Shown piece by piece: positions 8,310-17,713 of a stretch of 64,000 nucleotides of DNA (its first letter is position 1; each line of letters opens with the position of its first letter). This DNA is from an uncultured bacterium. Its GTDB lineage: Bacteria; Acidobacteriota; Aminicenantia; Aminicenantales; Saccharicenantaceae. The notes below the pieces were generated by a model that was not told the origin of the DNA, made no database searches, and saw only the letters and a program-made list of their open reading frames with translations. The stretch is from assembly GCA_963827635.1 (NCBI GenBank), contig CAWHBV010000023.1, positions 4,840-68,839 of the forward strand, written 5' to 3'. The position numbers were made by a program, and so were the translations under genes.

Positions 8310-9422
8310 ATGCCGCTCCGGATCGGCACGATCTCCATCGATTTCCCGGTCGGCCTCGGGGCCCTGGCCGGGTACAGCGACCTCCCCTACCGGCTCGTCT
8401 GCCGCTCGCTCGGCGCGCCGTACGCCATCACCGAGGCCATGCTCGACCGGCAGGTCCTGCTCGAAGGGAAGCTCCGCAAGCGGCTCATCCGCCTCGACCC
8501 GGCCGACCATCCGGTCGCGGGGCAGATCATGGGCATCGAGCCGGAGACGATGGCCGAGGCCGCCCGCTCGCTCGACGCCATGGGCTTCGACATCGTCGAC
8601 CTGAACTTCGCCTGTCCGGTCCGCAAGGTCGTCTCCCACAAGCGCGGCGGCGCGCTGATGGACGACCCCGGGCGGGCCCTGGAGACCGTCCGGGCCGTCG
8701 TCGCCGCCGTCCCGGGCCGGCCGGTGACGCTGAAGCTGAGGCGCGCGTTCCGGGACGCCGACACCGCCCACGACGCCTTCTGGAAGATCGCCCGGGGCGC
8801 GTTCGAGGCCGGGGCCGCGGGGATCGCCGTCCACGCCCGGTCGGTCGAGCAGAAATACACCGGCCGGGCCGACTGGGGCTTCCTCGCCGCCGTCAAGCGC
8901 GAGTTCAGCGACCGGACCGTGCTGGGCTCGGGCGACGTCACTTCGCCCGCCGAGGCCCTGCGCATGCTGGCCGAGACCGGCGTCGACGGCGTCCTGGCCG
9001 CCCGCGGCGCCATCGGCAATCCCTGGTTCTTCGCCCAGGCCCGGGACCTCGCCGCCGGGCGACCGGCCCGGATGCCCGGCCTCGACGAGCAGCGCGAGGT
9101 CATCTACCGCCACTTCGCCCTGGCCGCGGAGGCCTACGGACCGTCGAGGGGGCTCAAGATGCTCCGCCACTTCAGCCTCCAGTACGCCAAGATGCACCCC
9201 CGCCGGACCGAACTCCGCAACGCCCTCGTCGCCGTGCGGACCGAGGACGAGTGGCGGGCCGTCATCGACCGCTTCTACGCCGCTGATCCCGCCCGCGCCT
9301 TTACACGCCTCTCCCGTTGTGGTATCAAATCGGGTGCTCCGAGCCCGAGGCGCTACAGCCCTAAAGGCCAGGCCCTCCGGCCGTCAGGGAGGAGCGGGAA
9401 ACGGCTCCTCCTTCCGGATTGA
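8310..9422 (+). CDS. tRNA-dihydrouridine synthase
   Basis: 370-aa ORF. GYSDLPYRLVCRSLG, DLNFACPVRKV and GNPWFF are Dus-family (DusB-like) motifs. The last ~40 codons overlap a promoter and a structured leader and look non-conserved, so the true stop may be earlier. Confidence 0.85.
   Translation: MPLRIGTISIDFPVGLGALAGYSDLPYRLVCRSLGAPYAITEAMLDRQVLLEGKLRKRLIRLDPADHPVAGQIMGIEPETMAEAARSLDAMGFDIVDLNFACPVRKVVSHKRGGALMDDPGRALETVRAVVAAVPGRPVTLKLRRAFRDADTAHDAFWKIARGAFEAGAAGIAVHARSVEQKYTGRADWGFLAAVKREFSDRTVLGSGDVTSPAEALRMLAETGVDGVLAARGAIGNPWFFAQARDLAAGRPARMPGLDEQREVIYRHFALAAEAYGPSRGLKMLRHFSLQYAKMHPRRTELRNALVAVRTEDEWRAVIDRFYAADPARAFTRLSRCGIKSGAPSPRRYSPKGQALRPSGRSGKRLLLPD
9300..9328 (+). promoter_or_regulatory. 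sigma70-type promoter of the tup/moa operon
   Basis: TTTACA (9300-9305), 17-nt spacer, TATCAA (9323-9328), with a TG-containing tract (TGTGG) just upstream of the -10 hexamer. Confidence 0.4.
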
Positions 9423-9434
9423 AAAGGAGATCCC
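9331..9434 (+). promoter_or_regulatory. candidate molybdenum/tungsten-cofactor (Moco-type) riboswitch leader
   Basis: The leader contains CUCCGAGCC (9337-9345), CCUAAAGGCC (9360-9369) and GCCCUCCGGCC. Helix CCCUCC (9373-9378):GGGAGG (9387-9392) competes with GGAGGAGC (9388-9395):GCUCCUCC (9404-9411). CUCCUU (9408-9413) is complementary to the SD AAGGAG (9424-9429). The element lies directly upstream of tungstate-uptake and Moco-biosynthesis genes. Confidence 0.5.
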
Positions 9435-10296
9435 GTGAGGCGTTTTCCCCGCCGGCCCAGGCCGATCATTGGAATCGCGTCACTGTTGCTCCCGGTCCTC
9501 ATGGGGACTCTCGCCGGCATTCCCCTTCCGCCCAGCGGAGTCGCTGATGCTGGCGACGACGACGAGCGTCGACGCCACGGGCCTGCTCGACGTCCTGGCC
9601 GACGCCTTCGCCGCGGACACGGGCATCACCCTGCGCTGGATCGCCGTCGGAACGGGAGCGGCCCTGAAGCAGGCCCGCGACGGCAACGCCGACGTCGTCA
9701 TCGTCCACGCCAAAAAGCTCGAGGACGAGTTCGTCCGGGCCGGTTTCGGCGTCAACCGCCGGGTCTTCGCCCGGAACTATTTCATCGTCGTCGGCCCCGC
9801 GGACGATCCCGCCCGCATCGCCGGCGCGTCGTCGGCCGCCGACGCCTTCGGCCGCGTCAAGTCGGCCGGCCTGCCCTTCGTCAGCCGGGGCGACAACTCC
9901 GGCACCCACACCCGCGAGCTCGACCTCTGGTCCCGCGCCGGCGGAAAGCCCGCGGCCGCCTACCTCGAGACGGGCCAGGGCATGGCCGAAACTCTGCGCG
10001 TGGCCGCCGAGCGCCGCGCCTACACGCTGACCGACACCGCGACCTTCCGGGCTCTCAAGGGCCTCGCCGGGCTCGTTCCCCTCTTCGAGAGCGCGCCGGA
10101 CCTCGAGAACGTCTACGCCGTCATCGCCGTGGACCCGGCCCGCGTCCCCTCGGCCCGCTACGGCGAGGCCATGGCCTTCGTCGCCTTCCTGACCTCGCCG
10201 CGCGGCCAGAAGCTCATCGGCGACTTCAAAGGCAAGGGCGGCCGGCCCCTCTTCGAGCCGCTGGCCGGGACGCCCGGGGTGGACCTCCTCAAATGA
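9435..10296 (+). CDS. tupA: tungstate ABC transporter substrate-binding protein TupA (signal peptide sits in another frame; +1 shift near 9531)
   Basis: The mature domain (LATTTSVDATGLLDVLADAF...) is intact in the 9469 frame. The signal peptide MRRFPRRPRPIIGIASLLLPVLMGTLAGIPLP, which starts at GTG 9435 after the SD AAGGAG, is in the previous frame. Skipping one C at 9531-9533 joins the two. Confidence 0.75.
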
Positions 10297-10946
10297 TCTT
10301 CCGCGAGCTCGCTCTGGCCGTGTGGATCTCGCTCAAAACGAGCGGGCTCGCCGCCCTCATCGCCAGCGCCGTCGCCGTCCCGGCCGCGCTCTACCTCGCC
10401 GGGCACGAGTTCCGCGGCAAGAAATTCGTCCTGCTCGTCAACCAGACCTGGATGGCCGCGCCGACCGTGGTCATCGGCCTTCTCTTCTATTCCCTGCTGA
10501 GCCGGAGCGGTCCCCTGGGCCGCTTCGGCCTCCTCTACACCCAGGCGGCCATGACCGTCGGCCAGGTCTTCCTGGTCCTGCCGCTCATCGTCGGCTTCTC
10601 GTACACGGCCCTGCGGCAGGTCGACCGGCGGGCCCGACCGACCGCCCTGACCCTCGGCGCGAGCCCGCGCCAGGCCGGCTGGATCGTTCTGCGCGAGGCC
10701 CGCTTCCCGCTTCTCGTGGCCGTCCTGGCCGGCTTCGCCCGGGCCGTCTCCGAGGTCGGGATCGCCATGATGCTCGGCGGCAACATCCGCAACGCCACCC
10801 GCAACATCACGACCTCGATCGCCCTCGAGACGGCCAAGGGCGAGTTCCGCAACGGCGTCGTTCTCGGCGTCCTCCTCCTCGTCATCACCCTGGGCATCAA
10901 CATCCTCGTCCAGTCGGGACTGCGCGGCAACGACAAGGGAACCTGA
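10293..10946 (+). CDS. tupB: tungstate ABC transporter permease TupB
   Basis: ATG at 10293 overlaps the tupA stop (ATGA). It is a 217-aa polytopic protein with the TupB-type motif MMLGGNIRNATRNITTSIALETAKGEF. Confidence 0.8.
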   Translation: MIFRELALAVWISLKTSGLAALIASAVAVPAALYLAGHEFRGKKFVLLVNQTWMAAPTVVIGLLFYSLLSRSGPLGRFGLLYTQAAMTVGQVFLVLPLIVGFSYTALRQVDRRARPTALTLGASPRQAGWIVLREARFPLLVAVLAGFARAVSEVGIAMMLGGNIRNATRNITTSIALETAKGEFRNGVVLGVLLLVITLGINILVQSGLRGNDKGT

Positions 10947-10947
10947 G

Positions 10948-12009
10948 ATGGGCGACACGGTCTACCGGCTCGAAGGCGTCGGCTTTTCCCATCCCGGGTC
11001 CCGGTTCTCGCTCGAGCTCGACGCGCTGAGCGTCCGGGCCGGGGAGATCCTGGCCCTCGTGGGCCCGAACGGCGCCGGCAAGTCGACCCTCCTCTCGCTT
11101 CTCGCCTTCCTGCTCCGGCCGGACAAGGGCCGGCTCCTGTTCCTCGGCCGCGACCCCTGGGCGGCGGGCGGCGACGCCGTCGAGGCCCGCCGCGAGGCCG
11201 TGCTCCTGACCCATCATCCCTATCTCTTCAAGGGGACTGTCGGCGACAACGTCGGCTTCGGCCTCAAGCTGCGGAAGTTCGCGCCCGGCGAGCGCGCCGG
11301 CCGCGTCCGGGCCGCGCTCGCCCTCGTCGAGCTCGACGGCTGGGAGGCCAGGTCCGTCTCCGGCCTCAGCGCCGGGCAGGCCCAACGCGTGGCCCTGGCC
11401 CGGGCCCTCGCTCTGCGCCCGAGGGTCCTCCTCCTCGACGAGCCGACGGCCAACATCGACGCCGGGCTCGGGCTTCGCACGGAGGCCCTTCTCCGCGAGG
11501 CCGGCCCGGAGTGGGGAACGACGGTCGTCTTCTCCACGCACAACTTTTCCCAGGCCTCGCGGCTCGCCGACGGCATCCTCTATCTCTCGGAGGGCCGCCG
11601 GGTCGAGTTCAGCCACGAGAACTGCTTCAGCGGCACGGCGGCGACGGACGGCCGGACGAGCTGGATCGAACCGAAGCCCGGTGTCCGGATCGTCTTCCCC
11701 GGCGCGACCGCGGGCCACGCGACCTGCGTCATCGATCCCGCCGACATCCGTATCCTCCCGGCTTCGGACGGACAGGCCCCGGCCGCCGGCCCGAACGTCT
11801 TCCGCGGCCGGGTGACCCGGATGGAGACGACCGACGCGGCGACGGCCCTCGTCCGGGTGAGCGGCGACCTCGTCTTCCGGGCCACCCTCCCCGTCCGCGA
11901 GCTCGAAGCCCGGGGCGTTTCTCTTTCCGGCGAGGTTCTGCTAAGATTTGAGCCGGAGTCCGTCGAGGTCGTTTCCGAACGGCCGGCGGGCGCCGGAAAG
12001 CTCCCATGA
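10948..12009 (+). CDS. tupC: tungstate ABC transporter ATP-binding protein TupC with a C-terminal TOBE-like domain
   Basis: Walker A GPNGAGKST, signature LSAGQAQRVALARAL, Walker B LLLDEP, and a ~110-aa C-terminal beta domain. Confidence 0.8.
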   Translation: MGDTVYRLEGVGFSHPGSRFSLELDALSVRAGEILALVGPNGAGKSTLLSLLAFLLRPDKGRLLFLGRDPWAAGGDAVEARREAVLLTHHPYLFKGTVGDNVGFGLKLRKFAPGERAGRVRAALALVELDGWEARSVSGLSAGQAQRVALARALALRPRVLLLDEPTANIDAGLGLRTEALLREAGPEWGTTVVFSTHNFSQASRLADGILYLSEGRRVEFSHENCFSGTAATDGRTSWIEPKPGVRIVFPGATAGHATCVIDPADIRILPASDGQAPAAGPNVFRGRVTRMETTDAATALVRVSGDLVFRATLPVRELEARGVSLSGEVLLRFEPESVEVVSERPAGAGKLP

Positions 12010-13224
12010 TCGAATATTCAGACGCGAGGTCGCTCGTCCTCTCCGCGGCACACGCGCTTCCCTCCGAATCCGTCCCCCTGGCCGCGGCGCTGGGCCGGAC
12101 CCTGGCCCGGGACGTCGAGGCCCGGGAGGACATCCCGCCCTTCACCAAGGCGACCATGGACGGTTATGCCGTCCGGGCCGCCGACACGCGCCCGTCCGCG
12201 AAGGGGACCGGGGGGACCGTCGAGCTCGAGGTCCTGGAAGACCTGCCCGCGGGGCGGCGCTCGCGCAAGACCGTCGGCGCCGGACAGGCCGTCCGCATCA
12301 TGACCGGCGCGCCCCTCCCTGCGGGCGCCGATGCCGTGGTCATGGTCGAGCACAGCGAGAAGCGGGGGGACCGCGTCGTCCTCCGGCGCGAGGTCCGTCC
12401 CGGCGACAACATCGGGCCGGCCGGCGAAGACCTGAAGAAGGGCGAGACCGCCCTCGAACGGGGCACGCTCGTGGGCCCGGCCGAGATCGGGATGCTGGCC
12501 GCGGCCGGCCTGGCCCGCGTCGCGGTGGCCCGGCGGCCGAGACTGGCCGTCATCGCCACGGGCGACGAGATCGTCGAGCCCGGCGAGCGGAAGCGCCCCG
12601 GCCAGATCCGCAACGCCAACGGACCGGCACTCACCGCCATGGCCGCGGAGGCGGGCGCCGAGGCGGTCTACCTGGGTATCGCCCGCGACCGCCAGTCGTT
12701 CCTCGCCGCGAAGCTCCGCCGGGCGAAGGCGGCCGACATCCTCGTTCTCTCCGGCGGCGTCTCCGTCGGCGATTACGATCTGGTCAAGGGTGAGCTCGAG
12801 GCGTCGGGGGTCAGACCGGTCTTCTGGCAGGTCCGCATCAAGCCGGGCAAGCCCGTCTTCTTCGGCGTCCGCGGCCGGCAGCTCGTCTTCGGCCTGCCGG
12901 GGAATCCGACGAGCGCCATGGTGACGTTCCTGCTGTTCGTCCGCCCGGCCGTCGACCGGATGCTCGGCCGGGCCGTTCCCGGACCGGCCGCGGGACGGGC
13001 CGTTCTCGCCTCGGACATCGTCCTCAAGCCGGGACGGACGCAGTTCCTGCGCGGCGTGCTCGTGCGCGAAGGCCCGGGTTGGAAAGTCGCGCCCTACACC
13101 GACCAGAAAAGCGGCGTGCTCCGGTCCATGGTCCACAGCCGCGTCCTCATCGTCGTCCCGGCCGACGTCTCGGCGGATCGAGGCCGGGCGCGAAGTCGAG
13201 ATCCTCTTCATGGACGGACGGTGA
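12006..13224 (+). CDS. moeA: molybdopterin molybdotransferase MoeA (3' end frameshifted, +1 near 13172)
   Basis: The N-terminus (PPFTKATMDGYAV) and the body (GDYDLVK, PGNPTSAMVTF) are MoeA-like. The natural C-terminus ...PADVSRIEAGREVEILFMDGR, with its stop at 13222-13224, is read only after skipping one base near 13172. As given, the ORF instead runs on to 13394 across moaC. Confidence 0.85.
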
Positions 13225-13228
13225 CGCC

Positions 13229-13702
13229 ATGGCCAAGCTCAGTCACATCGACAGCGAAGGCAAGGCGAAGATGGTGGACATCGGGGCCAAGGCCGTCACC
13301 CGGCGGGAGGCGGCGGCGTCGGCCTTCGTCAAGCTCGGCCCGGCCACCCTGCGCCTCGTCCGGGCCAACCGGATCGCCAAGGGCGATGTCCTGAACACGG
13401 CCCGCCTGGCCGGCATCCAGGCGGCGAAAAGGGTCCCCGAGCTCATCCCCCTCGCCCACCCCATTCCCCTCGAGAACGTGGCCGTCGAGTGCGAGATCCT
13501 GAAGACGGGCATCCGCATCCGCTGCCGCGTCGGCGCCGAGGCCAAGACCGGGGCCGAGATGGAGGCCCTGACCGGCGCGGCCGTCGCCGCCCTGACCGTC
13601 TACGACATGGTCAAGGCCGTGGAGCGGGGGGCCGAGATCGACCGCCTGCGCCTCGACTTCAAGTGCGGCGGGAAAAGCGGGGTCTTCCGGAGACGGGCGT
13701 GA
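13229..13702 (+). CDS. moaC: cyclic pyranopterin monophosphate synthase MoaC
   Basis: ATG at 13229. MAKLSHIDSEGKAKMVDIGAK...LIPLAHPIPL...EMEALTGAAVAALTVYDMVKA is highly typical of MoaC. Confidence 0.92.
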   Translation: MAKLSHIDSEGKAKMVDIGAKAVTRREAAASAFVKLGPATLRLVRANRIAKGDVLNTARLAGIQAAKRVPELIPLAHPIPLENVAVECEILKTGIRIRCRVGAEAKTGAEMEALTGAAVAALTVYDMVKAVERGAEIDRLRLDFKCGGKSGVFRRRA

Positions 13703-14174
13703 CCGCGGCCGCCGCGGGGACGGCGGGCACCGTCGTCTCCGTCAACACGAGCGCCAAGAAGGGCCAGATCAAGAAGCCCGTCGCGTCCGCCGAGCTCGCG
13801 GCGGGACCGCGGCATCGACGGCGACGCCCACAAGGGATTTCGCCCACCGCCAGGTCTCGCTCCTGATGATCGAGGACATCGAGGCCCAGCGGGAACGGCT
13901 CGGCGGCGGCGAAGCGGCCGCCGCCATCCGACCCGGCGCCTACGCCGAGAACCTGACGACGCGCGGCATCGACCTCGGAGCGCTCGCGCTCGGCGACGAG
14001 CTCGCCGTCGGGGACGAGGTCCGGCTCAGGGTCAGCCAGATCGGCAAGGAATGCCACACCCGCTGCGCCGTCTATCGCATCACCGGCGACTGCATCATGC
14101 CCGTCCGGGGCATCTTCTGCGAGGTCGTGAGCGGCGGCGCCGTCCGGCCCGGAGACCGCGTTGAAAAACGGTAA
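13699..14174 (+). pseudogene. MOSC domain protein, two +1 frameshifts (near 13807 and 13840)
   Basis: GTG at 13699 overlaps the moaC stop. The pieces GTVVSVNTSAKKGQIKKPVASAELAAG, RGIDGDAHKGF and AHRQVSLLMIEDIEAQRERLG...SQIGKECHTRC lie in three successive frames. Confidence 0.7.
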
Positions 14175-15133
14175 GGTCCTGCGCATCTCGGTGACGGACC
14201 GGTGCGACCTGAGGTGCATCTACTGCATGCCCGAATCGGGGGTGACGCTCGTCCCGATGGCCGGCATGCTGAGCTACGAGGAGATCGCGACGGTGGCCCG
14301 GGCGGCCATGGCCGCCGGCGTCCGGCGCTTCCGGCTGACCGGGGGCGAGCCGCTGGCCCGGCGGGGCATCGCCGCCCTCGTCCGGCTGCTGGCCGGGCTC
14401 GGACCCGACGACCTGGCCCTGACGACGAACGGCCTGCACCTGGCGGACGTCGCCCGGGACCTGAAGGCGGCCGGTCTGGCGCGGGTGACGGTCAGCCTGG
14501 ACACGCTGAGGGCGGACCGCTTCGAAAAGATCACCCGCCGGAAGGGCCTCGACCGCATCTTCGCCGGCCTCGACGCGGCCCGCGCGGCCGGGCTCGCGCC
14601 GCTCAAGGTCAACACCGTCGTCATCCGCGGCGTCAACGACGACGAGATCCCCGACTTCGTCCGCTTCGCCGAACGGGAGGGCGTCGAGCTGCGCTTCATC
14701 GAGCTCATGCCGACGAGCGGCCTCAGCCCCGAATGCAAGGAGCTCGGCGCCTGGCGCCCGTCGCTCTTCGTCAAGGGCGAGGAGGTCCGGGCCCGCATCG
14801 CCGGCGGCGTTCGGGCCGCTCGAACGGCTTCCGGACGATGGCGGCGTCGCTTCGGTCTATCTTCTCGGCGGGAAGACGCGGCTGGGATTCATCTCCCCTG
14901 TCTCGGACCCGTTCTGCCGGGGCTGCGAGCGCCTGCGGCTCGGACCCGACGGCCGGCTGAAGGTCTGCCTCTTCGACCGGGGCGGCCTCGACCTTCGCCG
15001 GGTCCTCCGCGAGGGTCAAGGCGGGCCGGCCGCGATCGAGGCCCTGCTCCGGGACGCGTTCGAGTCCAAGAAGACCTGGGAGCGCGGCGCGATCGAGGGC
15101 CTGACGAGCGACATGTTCAGGATCGGAGGGTGA
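14161..15133 (+). pseudogene. moaA: GTP 3',8-cyclase MoaA (radical SAM), +1 frameshift near 14809
   Basis: TTG start with the radical-SAM motif RISVTDRCDLRCIYCMP. After ...EEVRARIAGG the conserved C-terminus FGPLERLPDDGG...ISPVSDPFCRGCERLRLGPDGRLKVCLF...MFRIGG (stop 15131-15133) lies in the next frame. Confidence 0.85.
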
Positions 15134-15135
15134 CG

Positions 15136-15631
15136 ATGAAGGCCGGCATACTGACCGTGAGCGACAAGGGATCGCGGGGCGAACGCGAGGACCGGAGCGG
15201 CCCGGCCGATCCGCGAGATGATCGAGGCCGCGGGAGGCGAGGTCGTCCGGACGAAGATCGTCCCCGACGAGCCGGACGAGATCCGGGCGGTCCTCATCGC
15301 CTGGTCGGACGAGGGCCTCGACCTCGTCCTGACGACGGGCGGGACCGGCTTCAGCCCGCGCGACCGGACGCCCGAGGCGACGAAAAGCGTCATCGAGCGC
15401 GAGGCCCCGGGCCTCGCCGAAGCCATGCGCCGGGCGGGGGCCGAGCGGACCCCGACGGCCATCCTCAGCCGGGCGGCCGCCGGCATCCGGAAGGCCACCC
15501 TCATCGTCAATCTGCCGGGGAGCGAGAAGGCGGCGAGGGAGAGCCTGGCCGCCGTCATGCCCGTCCTGCCCCACGGCATCGACATCCTCAAGGGCACGGC
15601 CTCGGAGTGCGCCAAGCCGCATCGCGGCTGA
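15136..15631 (+). pseudogene. mog: molybdopterin adenylyltransferase MogA/MoaB family, +1 frameshift near 15208
   Basis: MKAGILTVSDKGSRGEREDRSGPA joins IREMIEAAGGEVV...LVLTTGGTGFSPRD...LIVNLPGSEKAA only across a one-base skip. Confidence 0.8.
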
Positions 15632-15650
15632 ACGCGGAAAGGAGCGATCC

Positions 15651-16907
15651 ATGAACGGTCAAGCCGTCCGTATCGCCGTCGTCGTCCTGGTCCTCGCGGC
15701 CGCCGCGGGCCTCGCCGCCCAGGAAATCCAGCACGAAACAGGGACCCTCAACATCGAGATCCCCGTCCGGGTCTTCAAGGGGGACGCGTTCGTCGACGGC
15801 GTGACCATCGCCGACTTCGAGGTCTACGAGGACGGCAAGCTCCAGACCGTCGACGCCGTCTATCTCGTCAAGAAGTCCTTCGTCCAGCGGAAGGAGGAGA
15901 ACACGGCCTTCGCGCCCGACACGGGGCGCCATTTCTACCTCTATTTCGAGCTGACGGAATACGACCCCAAGATCCGCGAGGCCCTGGACTATTTCGTCCG
16001 GGAGGTGCTGGCCGACGGCGACGAGCTCGTCGTCGTGACGCCGCTCAAGACCTACCGGATGAAGAGCGACATTCTCCGGGACGCCGGCCGGGAGGCCGTG
16101 TTCGAGAAGCTGATGGGCATCCTGCGGCGCGACATCCTCGTCGGCAATTCCGAGTATCAGGACATCCTCCACGAGATGACGGGCCTGGCCTCGACCATCG
16201 CCAGCGCCGTCAACGTCAACACCTCCGGCGCGACGACGCAGGCCCTCGGCGATCCCTTCGGCTTCTCGGATTCGATCTTCGAGCTGAGAACGTCGATGGA
16301 GGAGCAGCTGCAGCTCTACGCCGCCAGCCTGAGCCGGCTCGAGAACCTGCGGAGGCTCGACCTCTCCCGGGTCAACCTGCTGGCCAACCATCTCAAGGAC
16401 CAGACCGGGCAGAAGGAGATCTTCCTCTTCTACCAGCGCGAGTTCATCCCCAAGATCGACCCGGGGGCCCTGACCGTCCTCATGAGCGCCTACAACCAGC
16501 GGCCCGACGTCATCGAGACGATCATGACGGTCTTCGAGTTCTTCCGCCGGGAGGAGCCGGTCGACATCGAGCCGATCAAGCGGACCTACGCGGACTGCGG
16601 CGCCTCCGTCCATTTCCTGTTCCTGACCCGGCCTGCGCCCCGGGTCCGGGGAGTGGCCATGGAGGAGCAGTCCGAGGACATCTTCGGACCCTTCCGGGAG
16701 ATGAGCCGGGCGACCGGGGGATACATCGCCTCGACGGCCAACATCGGCGCGGCCATGAAGTCGGCCGTCGCCGCTTCCGAGAACTATTACCTGCTCTATT
16801 ACACGCCCAAAGACTACAAGGCGGACGGCGGCTACCGCAAGCTGACGGTCAAGGTCAAGGGGGGCGACTACCGGCTCAGCCACCGGCAGGGGTACATCGC
16901 CGACTGA
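15651..16907 (+). CDS. VWA-related domain protein (acidobacterial TIGR03436-like), secreted
   Basis: Signal peptide. The N-terminal module (VRVFKGDAFVDGVTIADFEVYEDGKLQ) and the C-terminal module (GGYRKLTVKVKGGDYRLSHRQGYIA) are typical of this family. Confidence 0.7.
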   Translation: MNGQAVRIAVVVLVLAAAAGLAAQEIQHETGTLNIEIPVRVFKGDAFVDGVTIADFEVYEDGKLQTVDAVYLVKKSFVQRKEENTAFAPDTGRHFYLYFELTEYDPKIREALDYFVREVLADGDELVVVTPLKTYRMKSDILRDAGREAVFEKLMGILRRDILVGNSEYQDILHEMTGLASTIASAVNVNTSGATTQALGDPFGFSDSIFELRTSMEEQLQLYAASLSRLENLRRLDLSRVNLLANHLKDQTGQKEIFLFYQREFIPKIDPGALTVLMSAYNQRPDVIETIMTVFEFFRREEPVDIEPIKRTYADCGASVHFLFLTRPAPRVRGVAMEEQSEDIFGPFREMSRATGGYIASTANIGAAMKSAVAASENYYLLYYTPKDYKADGGYRKLTVKVKGGDYRLSHRQGYIAD

Positions 16908-16919
16908 GCCGGGCCGGGC

Positions 16920-17342
16920 TCACTCGTCGAGCGGGCCGGGCTTGAAGGAACGGCCCTTTTTGATCACCGAGACGTGGCGCTTGTCGGCCAGGACCTTCTC
17001 CTTGGCCCTCTTCGAGCGCTTCCGCTTCTGGCGCCGGATCTTGGCGATCCGCCGCTCCTCCTCGCTCTGCTTGCCCATCACGGCCGCTTCGATCTTGTCG
17101 GTCAGGATCCGGCGGGCCAGATACCGGTTGAGGGACTGGAAGCGCTCCTGCTGGCACTTGACCTCGGTGCCGGTCGGGAGGTGCTTGAGGTAGACGCAGG
17201 TCGCGACCTTGTTGACGTTCTGTCCGCCGTGGCCGCCCGAGCGGATGAACTTCTCGACGATGTCCTCCTCGCGGATGCCGAGCGCCGCCATGCGGTCCGC
17301 CAGGGCCTGTTCCTTATCGGGGCTCACGCCGAATGTCGCCAT
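16920..17342 (-). CDS. RF-1 domain (GGQ) peptidyl-tRNA hydrolase, ArfB-like release-factor-like protein
   Basis: 140-aa ORF with SGGHGGQNVNKV and a basic C-terminal tail (RRQKRKRSKRAKEK). Confidence 0.8.
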   Translation of the reverse strand: MATFGVSPDKEQALADRMAALGIREEDIVEKFIRSGGHGGQNVNKVATCVYLKHLPTGTEVKCQQERFQSLNRYLARRILTDKIEAAVMGKQSEEERRIAKIRRQKRKRSKRAKEKVLADKRHVSVIKKGRSFKPGPLDE

Positions 17343-17433
17343 GCCTCTATCCTAGCCTAATTCGGGGACCGGCTGGAAGACGGACTGAGAAACCGGTCCT
17401 GCCCCGAGCGTCTCAAGATCGGATGGCAACTCC

Positions 17434-17469
17434 TTGACAATACACATAATTTGTGTATTATATGTGTAT
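17434..17469 (+). promoter_or_regulatory. promoter and palindromic operator of the toxin-antitoxin operon
   Basis: TTGACA (17434-17439), 16-nt spacer, TATTAT (17456-17461). The palindrome ATACACA-TAATT-TGTGTAT (17440-17458) is followed by a further TGTGTAT at 17463-17469. The segment is locally AT-rich. Confidence 0.55.
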
Positions 17470-17486
17470 ACTCAAGGAGCGATGAG

Positions 17487-17711
17487 ATGCAAGTGAGACA
17501 TAACATTACAATTGACGAAGACGTGTCCCAGGAGCTCGAAAGCGTGGCCGCGGAGCTCGGCGAGAAGAAGAGCGCTATCATCGAAAAAGCCCTCGAGACC
17601 TATTTCGACCTCTTGGACCTGAAGGTGGCCAAGAAGCGCCTGGCCGACCTCGATAAGGGCCGCGACCGGGTCCACGACTCCGAAGACGTCTGGAAAAAGC
17701 TCGGGATATAG
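17487..17711 (+). CDS. type II antitoxin, ribbon-helix-helix (RelB/CopG-like)
   Basis: ATG at 17487 follows the SD AAGGAG. 74 aa (MQVRHNITIDEDVSQELESVAAELGEKKSAIIEKALETYF...). It lies directly upstream of a RelE/ParE-like ORF. Confidence 0.7.
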   Translation: MQVRHNITIDEDVSQELESVAAELGEKKSAIIEKALETYFDLLDLKVAKKRLADLDKGRDRVHDSEDVWKKLGI

Positions 17712-17713
17712 AT

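Noticed and set aside
9469-9546. ATG at 9469 as the tupA start (MESRHCCSRSSWGLSPAFPFRPAES...)
   Set aside because: It gives no signal peptide for a periplasmic binding protein. A proper signal peptide with an SD and GTG is present one frame over, starting at 9435.
13225-13394. The 3' extension of the moeA ORF across the start of moaC
   Set aside because: The extension is Arg/Ser/Pro-rich nonsense. The conserved MoeA C-terminus (RIEAGREVEILFMDGR) and a stop lie in the adjacent frame, ending at 13224.
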